DNA from: Eledone cirrhosa
Lineage: Eukaryota
Assembly: GCA_964016885.1 (NCBI GenBank)
Contig: OZ024743.1
Span: forward strand, 6,262,001 to 6,326,000
DNA length: 64,000 nt
Direction: 5' to 3'
Of the stretch, positions 54,201 to 64,000 are shown piece by piece (positions within the stretch are counted from its first letter, which is position 1; each line of letters begins with the position of its first letter). The notes below the pieces were generated by a model. It was not told the origin of the DNA and made no database searches. It saw only the letters and a program-made list of their open reading frames with translations. The translations under genes and the position numbers were made by a program.

Positions 54201-55630
54201 AGGAGAAAAAAGGAAATAGTTTGGAGACATACTTAACCATTTAGTATTTACAATACTCTATATTTATTATTCTATTTTCACAGTAAAGGCTTTATGTCAC
54301 ATAATTATCTCACATAATATCGAATCAATGAGATTTTGATGTTATTTATTTTGAGAACAATACCTTAACATCAGTATGAGTGGCCAGTTGCAGCTGGTTT
54401 AAACAGAAAAAGATGAGAGAATTCTGGCTGGATATGGCCGGTTTAAATGCTAATGGGTTAAAGGAAATTTGAAAAAAGTATGACATCAATATGTACAATT
54501 GGGAATTGTTTGTAAATAACCAACACAAATTGAAAAGGATCCCAACATTTTGACACAGCATGAAACAAGCATCTCAATTATAAACATGAGAGCAGAGAGC
54601 TACACAAAACCACAAACACAGTGGCTCTTTTTCTCCAAGACAAGGAATGCCTGCTCTGCAAGCATACTTATGGATCCCATATTTCCATACCTTTAAATAT
54701 ATGGCTTTATAGCAAACATGTCGGTTTTTTTTTTTCGTTTTTTTTCAGTCTGTCACTGTTCAAGAATGCCAGTGGAAGGAAGAAATAATATACTGTCTAG
54801 CAGAGAAAGGGGATTAAACACCTTCATAGACACGCATAGACATAATATATGTAGACAGACAGACACACACACACACATATGACCTTATACAAAATAACAA
54901 ACTGAATTTAGCAGCGTTTGTTCAAGTATCCAGTTTGGCAAGCAAAAGCTGGTTTTGTCATTTTGAGTGTTAGTTGAAGGATGAGAGAACAGTGGCTGTA
55001 CTTGGTGTGGAAATGAGAGAAAGTGTTATTAAGAGAGGTGGGTTAGATGGAAAAATAGATAGGTGGAAGAGAGAGTGGGGAGTAAAGGAACTTTATTAGA
55101 ATTTGAACCCAGAACATTAAGATCTAAAACAAGTACACAAGGAATTTTGTTTGACATTTTAACAAATATGCTGAAATATGTTAGAAAAATGGCAGCAAAT
55201 CGGCAGTCATTAGAACATCGGATAGAATGCTTTGCAGTTTTGTTTCAGCTCCCTGCTGTCTGAGTTCAAATATTGCCATGGTCAACTTTGCCTTTCATCC
55301 ATTCGAGGTCAATAAAAAAAGTATCAGTCAAGTACTGAGGTCGATTCTTCTTCTATATCTCTTTCTTACATCCTCTCTCTCACTCTCTCTATCCTTCTCT
55401 GCAAGAAATATGTTGTGTTCAAACCTGCAGAGGGATGGGCTCTACCAGGCTTTTAAAATGCCCTAGAAACACCATATGTCAATTAAGGGACCATACATGT
55501 ATAGATATAATAGTAAGAATTCATAGTTTCTATTTTGAAGTAAAGTATGTTTTTTTGTTTGTTTCCTCTCACTTTATATATTTTTGTGCCGTATATTTAT
55601 AAGATTCCTGGCAATAATTGTAGTTAAGGG

Positions 55631-55845
55631 AAGTGGATTGGCAGTATTGGTAGAATGTCAGACAATATGCTTGATAGCATAGTGTTATGCCCCTTTATGA
55701 TCTCAGTTCAAATCCTGCCGAGGTTAACTTTTCATCCTTACAGGGTCAATAAAATAAAGTACCAGTAATGCACTGGGGTCGATTTAATCGACTTTCCGCT
55801 CCCCCAAAATTGTTGCCCTTGTGCCTAAATCAGAAACCAATAATT
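55631..55845 (+). mobile_element. SINE-A related copy
   Basis: Same head and core as 57936-58126. Confidence 0.8.
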
Positions 55846-56384
55846 AATTGTATTTATTTATTATTTGTGTTTATATTTTCATTCTGTAAGAAGTATTTAA
55901 TAATAAAAGTAAAACTTTAATAAAATAAATTTATTGTGCTTTATTGATGAATTTTACAATTTTTATGTTTACCGAAAACTTTAAGGTTGTCTTTTTTAAG
56001 CAAGTGTATCTTATTAGGAACAATCTTTAGCAGTCTTGAGAACATTGCTTTCATTATGTATACATAGACAATTGTCTCTGTCAAAGTTGTTTGATAACCT
56101 TAAAGCCAACAGAAATTTAGGCAAAATGCCAAGTCAAAGAATATTGTAGAATTTGATTAGTGCATGTGTACACATGTTTGAAAACTTTAAAATTCAAATA
56201 CTACCAAAGAGAGAATGTATATGTCTACATTTTTAGTTTTTATTTAAAACTGGTGCTAGGACTCTTCTTTGTAAATGTTTGATTTTAGTAGAATGATCAC
56301 TCTCATGTAGCCTTCTGTGTCTGCCATTCTTGTTACACTCCTCCAGATGTGATTTAAATCAGGTATATGTAATCAAATCATACA

Positions 56385-56676
56385 CAGGGGTTCTCAAACT
56401 TTCTGGACCACTGCCATACTCATGGCCTCATAATACCCTCAGCACCCACCCCCCATATTTCCAGAGAGACATGCCTACATGCAAATTATGAATAATATAT
56501 GATAAAATCGTTAATTTATATTTAATAAATAAAATAATATATACTATGTATAAATAAATATATTAATATGTATCATTTGATATTTAATGTACTATTATAT
56601 TATCTCTACCTCTCACCTCCCTCTTAGGCCCCAGCGCCCCCCAGCGGGGCAGTAGCACCCATTTTGAGAACCTCTG
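56385..56676. mobile_element. hAT MITE, second copy (opposite orientation to 35901-36216)
   Basis: CAGGGGTTCTCAAACT ... TTTTGAGAACCTCTG; homologous AT-rich interior. Confidence 0.85.
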
Positions 56677-57935
56677 ATATATATCTTCAAATAAATAGCT
56701 GTTATATTGTTGTGTTTTGATTGTGGTTATACAACAGAGATAGTTTTACTAGATTTTTGTACTTCTTTTATGTATTTTGAGACTCTCCAATATATAAATT
56801 GATTTCTCTTCTAGTGAATAATTGTTTGACAAGAGTTTTCAAATGTTTCAGTGATTTGATATTTTTTATTATTATAATGTTATAATTTGGGAACAGATTA
56901 CTATCTTCTGGTTTTTTTTTGTTCTCTTTGTTTTACTTTAGTCAGGACCAGATTAATATCCTTAAAAGCACTAAGCACTAAAAAGATTATAATACCCCTA
57001 TATACTGTATATGAAACAAATTTTATAATTACTTTCTCTGATAATACTGTTTACACATCTGTGATGGAAGCAACTGTTACACCCACAGATTCTATACAAT
57101 ATCTCCAAACAGACCATTCCACTAATTATCAAAACTTCACTCATTAACACATTAATATCATTGTAAAAATAGTGTAACCAGGTTCTAAAGCTAATGGGAG
57201 TGAGCATATAAATGAGGCACCATGGCACATACCAAATAAATTTTAATGAATTATACATTTTTATTTTGCATTTAAAATTAAAAAACAATAATAGTTGTTT
57301 TCTATACTTGGCACAAGGTCAGCAATTTGAAAGGAAGGGGAAATTCAATTAAATCAAGCATTACTGATGCTTTATTTTATTGACTCAGAAAGGATGAAAG
57401 AGAAAACTAACTTTGGCAGGATGATAATGGTTTCTGACTTAGGCACAAGGCCAGCAATTTTGGGGGAGGGGAAAGTCAATTAAATCGACCCGTGTGTGAC
57501 TGTGACTTTATTATATTGTATTATCTGTCCATCTGTTATAGTATTACTTCTCATCTCTGCCATCCTCAGCCAAGCCAACATGGTTTTTCTTCTCCTGCTT
57601 TTCCCCATTCCCATGCTACACCAAATATTTTGCCTTGAGTTTTATTCCCAGAACTGGAACCCTTTCAAACTCGAACATTACCCTCATTTTCCCTAGTTAT
57701 AAATATGAAGAATTTTATACTGAACATCAACTGCCTCTGGGAGGGCCTTTAAAGTCTATGAACATTGACGTTCCGCAATGAACTAAAATGTAAAATAAAA
57801 TAGTAATAAACTGCAATAACCTATATATCACAATAGTAACTTCAGAAAAATACTTAAGAGTACAATGTATCTGTTACTGCTGGGCTAATATAAAGTCAGA
57901 CAAAAGAAATCATTATAACACATATAACATATAAG

Positions 57936-58126
57936 GGCGGTGGATTGGCAGTATCGGTAGAGAGTCGGACACCATGCTTTGAAGCATAGAGTTACGTCCC
58001 TTTATGATCTGAGTTCAAATCCTGCCGAGGTTAACATTGCCTTTCATCCTTACGGGGTCGATAAAATAAAATACCAGTAATGTACTGGGTAATTGCTGGC
58101 CTTGTGCCTAAAATAGAAACAATTAT
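57936..58126 (+). mobile_element. Full-length tRNA-derived SINE-A
   Basis: GGCGGTGGATTGGCAGTATCGGTAGAG head, GAGTTCAAATCC B box, GCCTTTCATCCTTACGGGGTCGATAAA core; acacatataac repeated on both flanks. Confidence 0.88.
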
Positions 58127-59528
58127 TACACATATAACTAAGTTGACAGAGCTACAGAAACAGTATAGGATTACATGCTTAACCCTTTCATAACTGCATT
58201 TCTAATGAAATACATGCTATTTCAATTAATTAACTTCAAGAGATTTACTAAAAGTATTAATCATTTCATTACTAAGATAGTAACTGTAAATTGGAGTCTA
58301 TTTGTTGTAATAAATTTTAAGAAAAAAAAACATGACAAGTGCCAAAATTCTAGTTTAATAAATAGCTTTTACTTCAGTTCATTAAAGATATAATTGATAA
58401 TATTCAATCTGTCTCTGTGTATGTGGATTGGTCACTTCTATATTGTTAGGATAAATCCCGTTAAGTAGAATAAGGCTTAGTCAAAATAGAGTGTTTGTGA
58501 TGACAAAATTTAGTAGTAACCAAATCTTTGCATGATGAGAAAACAGGTGAAAATATTGAAGAATGACCTAGGCCAAAACAACATGTATTTTTTATGACGA
58601 TCGTTTCTTACTTAGAACTGCCTTATCTTCCATAGGTGAAAGTTATCTACATTGATGTCTCTGAGATCATAGGTTAATATCCTGGTGGTTGTAACCATGG
58701 GAAAATTTTTCTCACTACAACCTAAAATATGATTCTTATATAAAATTAAATAAGAATCCTTTAAAATGAGTGATTTTGTTTCATAGAACCAAAACCAGTT
58801 TTGGCCAGGTTGGTATCAAAAGTGTTAATAATGTTTAGTTTCATTCAACAAAGCTCTGGATTTAAATCTTGCTATGGTGTCTCATAGTAGAATTGTGGAA
58901 ATAACATAATTTGGGATGGATGAATGTAGACTGTGTTGTAGAAATGTAAACTTAGTCATTTTCTTGGTGTGGTCAAATCAAGAAATGTAAAACACTAGGT
59001 TTGTCAACTATGTTTATGTGTATGTAAGTACAGGGTTCACTTTGCATTTCACCCATCTGTGGTTGATATAATAAATGCCAGTCATGCACTGGGCTCTGTT
59101 TAATTGACTACACTCATAGCCTCACATTTTATGGTGTTTTATTAATGTAAGAAAAAATATGTAATGATTCTTTTTAATTAGTCACAAGGTCAATTTTAGT
59201 AGGCAAATGTATATTTATATTTATATTTTTAACTGTTATTCAATCAATGATAAACATTGATTGCCAGCTGAATTAATCATAAAAATATAAAAAAATATAC
59301 TCAAGCAAAAAGCAACCCAAACCAAACAGTGAGTGTGTTTTACTATATTTTTCTGGCAATATTATAACATAACCCTCCCCAAATATAACAATATATATAT
59401 TCAATTTTATCAACTCAGTTGTATTATTGTCATTTAAAATAAATATCAGGTGAAGCTAGTTGTCAGACAATATATGGGAAAATAATCTGTTTGGCATTTT
59501 GTCTTAAAAATCTTATTTGCCTTATATA

Positions 59529-60030
59529 TGTAAAGTGGTCATGTAAGAGTCACAACAAAAAGCACCCAGCCTACACTGTAAAGTTGTTGTGTAGGTGTCA
59601 CGACAAAAAGCACCCAGCCCACACTGTAAAGTGGTCGTGTAGGTGTCACAACAAAAAGCACCCAGCCCACACTGTAAAGTGGTCGTGTAGATGTCAAGAC
59701 AAAAAGCACCCAGCCCACACTGTAAAGTGGTCGTGTAGGTGTCATGACAAAAAGCACCCAGTCCACACTGTAAAGTGGTCATGTAGGTGTCACAACAAAA
59801 AGCACCCAGTCCACACTGTAAAGTGGTCATGTAGGTGTCACAACAAAAAGCACCCAGCACATACTGCAAACGTGGTTGGTTTTTTGGAAGGGCATCCAGC
59901 CATAGAAACCTAGCCAGAAACAGTTCTATATGAGTAAAACATTGTCACCTGACCCAACCTGCTCCAAATGGGATGACCCGTCTAACCCATGCTAGCATGG
60001 AAAAAAATGGACGTTAAACGATGATGATGT
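59529..60030 (+). repeat. 48-bp tandem repeat (7 copies) within an RTE/SINE 3' tail
   Basis: Unit tgtaaagtggtcgtgtaggtgtcacaacaaaaagcacccagcccacac from 59529 to ~59865, then RTE tail and (ATG)n. Confidence 0.92.
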
Positions 60031-60649
60031 AAGATGATATGTAAGATGTCTCAGAATTACTACAAATTATGAACATAGTTTTAAAGCACTTCAAGCTTAT
60101 AGTAGCAGAAGCAAAATTAGACCCAAAGCAAACTTGGAGTATTGTAGTTTATGAAATCAGATAATATTAAATAGACATATATAGAATAATAGTCATAACA
60201 ATACTAATAACTATGGTAGTAGTGACAATGGTGACACTGGTGAAGGAGGTAGTGGTAAAATTGGCATTTGTGATGAAGATTGTGATTAGGAGTTTTAAGA
60301 AGTGGAAATAGTGCAGTATGTATAACAATTACAACTGATTTGAATTTTACTGTTTTAAGAAAGATTGATATAAATAAGAACTTATAGAAAAATTGAAATG
60401 TTAATGAATTGAAATTTAACTTGTGAATGGGACATGTTGTTTTGTAGAAGAGTGAAGTGCTTCAAATACTCAATATTTATGAGCACATTTTTCTGGAATA
60501 TGAATTCATAAAACAATATATATATAACAAATATAACAAATCTTCTCATCATAGATTCACTTCTTTCTTCTCTCTCAGAACCCACATCAGTTGCTACTAC
60601 CACCAAACCAAAAAGAACAGTGAGAAGTGGGATTATATAATGTAATTAT

Positions 60650-61460
60650 ATCTTCTTCTTCAACGCCCACTTATTCCTGAGGGGTTTGTAGGGGGGGGGG
60701 GGGGGGGGGGGGGGCAGAGTCCTCAAACAATCCTTCCAGTGAGTCCTGTCAGCAGCAAATGTTTCCAACTGATCTGGCTGCAAGACCAGCCAAGTTCATG
60801 GGTCTCCTGCCAGTTGGTTTTGCCCATAAAATCTGTCCATTGATTCTTTCTTGTGACATTCTAATCACATGTCCCTAGTATCAGACATGTGACATCTCCT
60901 TGTTAACCCTCCCCAGAAAAGTCTACTCTAAGTGACTGCCAAAGCGATGTAGGGATATTGTTGAGTCCAAACTAGCTGACAAACTGTGTGGTTTTTGCCC
61001 CAGGCGCAGCATAGCCAACCAAATATTCACACTGTGACAGATCTTTGAGAAATCAGGGGAGCATTGCTAAGAGGTGAGTGCTTGTTTCATAGACCTTGAA
61101 AAGGCATACGACTGCATTCGATGGGACCTGTTGTGGAATGTTCTGCGGGAGTATGGGATTGATGGACAGCTTCTTGTTGCCCTGATACCCCTGTATAAAT
61201 GCTCTAATATTTGTGTTCAGATAAATGGTGCTAAGTAAAACCATTCAATGTTGGTGTCAGACTCTGCCAAGGGTGCATACTGTCACCGCTTCTGTTTTGA
61301 CATGCACAGCCAGGTTGGAAGTGATATTAAGACTGGTGTATGTAAGATCAGTTGGTTGGAATTTGTGGATGACATGGTACTACTTAATTCATCAGAAGGT
61401 GATATCCGACAAGCACTTGTTAGGTTTGATGTTGAGTGCTGCATGGCAGGAATGTAATTA
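60650..61460. pseudogene. RTE-like LINE remnant with inverted 3' part (minus ~60650-60900) and RT part (plus ~60930-61460); similar arrangement at 35330-35750
   Basis: CFIDLEKAYD..LWNVLREYGIDG..., FVDDMVLL on plus strand; 3'-end sequence on minus strand. Confidence 0.6.
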
Positions 61461-62268
61461 TATCTGCCTGTACCATATTTAAATTGTATATATCTTCAAC
61501 ATTATCCATATGCCAAGTACAAATAGACAGTAAGTTCTTTGTTATCTAGATATAATAAAATGATATGATTGTATTTGTTGTGTTGGTGAAAATGGTTTAA
61601 GGTTGACGCCGACTGACACGACACATATAATTATGACAAGTTGTTATCTATATATTAGTTCATCTTGTCTATGTATAAATGTATATAAAGTTTGAAAATT
61701 TACATAAATCATGCATTATTTTATTTCTTTGTACTCGTTTCGTACATTATATTTACATACTATTACAGGATATCCTCCTATCGGACAACACATTTTTATA
61801 AAATAACTTTGTAATAAATTTTATTTTGTAGCAAGTCACATACTGTTAATAAAATTGTTTTCAGACAAGTCATCATTTATTTTTTAAAATGGCTAGCTCA
61901 GTTCAAAACATATTTCAGTATTATCTTTGCTTCATTGGCAGAACTTTGTCTTAGATTAGTAAGTGAGATTGCACTATTTGAATGAAAGTCAATTGAGATC
62001 ATCTGTGATGAAAATAGTCGAGCAAGACACATTGCTCCAGTTTATTCAGCTGTAGAAATGAGATGATAGGGACTGGGGTCCCTATCATTCCACTGCAAAG
62101 TGGTCGTGGAGGTGCCACATCAAAAAAGCACCCAGCACTCACTGTAAATGAGGTTGGTGTTAGGAAGGGCATCCAGCTGTAGAAATCAAGCCAGAATCAG
62201 TTGCCGTCCTACCCTTGCAAGCAGGGAAAAAGTGGATGTAAAATGAAATGATGATGATGAAATGAAAA

Positions 62269-63066
62269 GATCAATATATAATATATAAATTATAACGATC
62301 ATGTGGCTCTATGAGAGAATTGAAGCTAAAAGTCCAAGACCTCCGAGCATTGCACACTGTCATTTCATAGGAAACCACGGGGGTCGATAAAATAAAGTAC
62401 CAGTGGGATAATTGCTGGCCTTGTGTCAAAAGTAGAAACAATTATCATAGGAAACCACATATCTAATATTTCTCAGTGAACAATATAATCAAACTAAAAA
62501 ACAGAGAAACAGAATAAGTATTATACTTACATAGCCACTAAGCAAAATCATCATTTACTATTGATTAATATTGGAAAATGGTGAAGCAAAGTTCTAGAAA
62601 AATATTAGTTCCCAAAGAATAGAAGGCTCAGACTATGTGTAGAATAAAAATGAAATTACGTTTGATAGGATGAAAGTGGTAAGTGGTAACGCTAAAAATA
62701 ACTCACCCACTAACTCACAATAAACTGCTCAACCAAGTTAGGAGATCAAAAGGGATCGATATATAATATATAATGATCATGTGGCTCTATGATAGAATTG
62801 AAGCTAAAGATCCAAGACCTTAGAGCATTACACACTGCCAATATCATAGGAAACCGTATTTCTAATATTTTGCAGAGAATAATCTAATTAGGTTTAAAAA
62901 CAGAAAGAATAAATATTATACTTACATAGCCACTAAGTTTTTATAAGGCCTATATAGTATCATTTCATACAGCAAAAATCAACATTTACTGTTGATTAAC
63001 ATTGGCAAATTCTAGAAATATTAGTTTCCAAAGAACGGAAGGCCAGGTCACGTGTAGAATAAAAAT
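62269..63066. repeat. Diverged ~300-bp tandem duplication (62269-62651 / 62754-63066); copy 1 has a 66-bp SINE-A 3' fragment with 14-bp TSD
   Basis: TSD tcataggaaaccac at 62365-62378 and 62445-62458; empty site in copy 2 at ~62845-62855. Confidence 0.88.
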
Positions 63067-64000
63067 AATTAATATAAAATCTTTACATATTTAATCCCAA
63101 TGGGACATTCAGCTCTAATAAAACTACATTTATGGCCTTAAACTGGCTCCAGTTTCATATTTCATATTATTCATCAAATGCTCTCCTCCAATGAAACTAT
63201 CAATTTGATATTGTATCAACCTCATATGTTTAACATAAATTAAATGTTAGTAGCGTTTAAACATAAGAATATAAATAATAAAAAAGAAATGAAGATTTGT
63301 TCTAAAATCAATATGGTTTAACTTATACTAATAAAACAGTCAGGACACATTGGATTCCAGAGAAAAAAAATATATATATACAGCAGCATGGCTAACGTTT
63401 GAAATAAACAGAACAATTAATTTAAAGGCTTAGCAAGAAATATTGTCCACTGTTCAAAATTTCAACTTTAATAAAATTAATAAAATGTTGTAATAATATA
63501 TGTAGTAATAAACATATTGTGTGTTTAAAATTGTAGAGATAAATTGTTCCATGTTTGATATTTCAACAAGAAAAAATGCTTTGTTTACTGTATAATAAAT
63601 TGTTTGTACCTTTGAGAAGGCAGAAAAATAATTTGTAACCTTTGTTGAGAAGTATGAAAAAATATGTTTGTTGGTCATTATAAAGAAACATCTATATAGA
63701 ATACAACAACAAAAAAAAATTGGGGAATTTGTTTGTATGCAAGTAAAAAAGATTTATGGAGATGTAAGATTTTTAATTTCCAGTCTCCAGTTAAGGACAG
63801 AGCAAAGGAGAGGCACAAAACAAAGTCACTGAAGAGGTCACAGAACTATGAACAACCATCCGGTTATGGATCCAACCAACCGAAAATTTATAAAGTTTAT
63901 ATTTATAAAATTAATAAAATTCATAATAAATTGAAGTGAAAGCAACTGGTGCATGTGTTTCTTATTGGCAACATGACCCTCCCAAAGTATAACTATATAT

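Noticed and set aside
56887-57288. Overlapping short ORFs in unique-looking sequence
   Set aside because: No motif, no convincing splice-site pair.
57936-58030. tRNA-like A/B boxes as tRNA genes
   Set aside because: They are SINE heads: no cloverleaf, followed by SINE core and flanked by TSDs.
58497-58665. RTGATGA boxes with a downstream CTGA as a C/D snoRNA
   Set aside because: No terminal stem or recognisable rRNA guide; these motifs are common in this composition.
60691-60714. 24-nt poly-G run (and poly-C near 53159-53174) as G-quadruplex
   Set aside because: Lies in a LINE remnant; homopolymer length unreliable; no evidence of function.

Overview
Eukaryotic, very AT-rich, microsatellite- and transposon-dense DNA; the SINE/RTE repertoire suggests an octopus or other coleoid cephalopod (inference). 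One host gene can be rebuilt by hand: a 9-exon minus-strand gene (CDS 44428->16119, 804 nt, 267 aa, all GT-AG, phases consistent) encoding RNA exosome subunit MTR3/EXOSC6. The rest is repeats: a near-intact 5'-truncated RTE LINE with a PHD-type finger, other RTE, CR1 and RLE-LINE remnants, two tRNA-derived SINE families, non-autonomous Helitrons, hAT and TTAA MITEs, and minisatellites. The main unexplained structure is in the first 13.3 kb. Ten type I hammerhead ribozyme motifs from about six distinct sequence families lie in short non-coding units inserted in (TA)n tracts. They occur as >1-unit direct repeats that start just after the predicted cleavage site, or as foldback inverted repeats. 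This fits Penelope-like pLTR or retrozyme-type mobile RNAs. Other candidates are a ~105-nt structured RNA in EXOSC6 intron 1 and a duplicated ACA-box hairpin. All folds were done by eye and no database searches were run.
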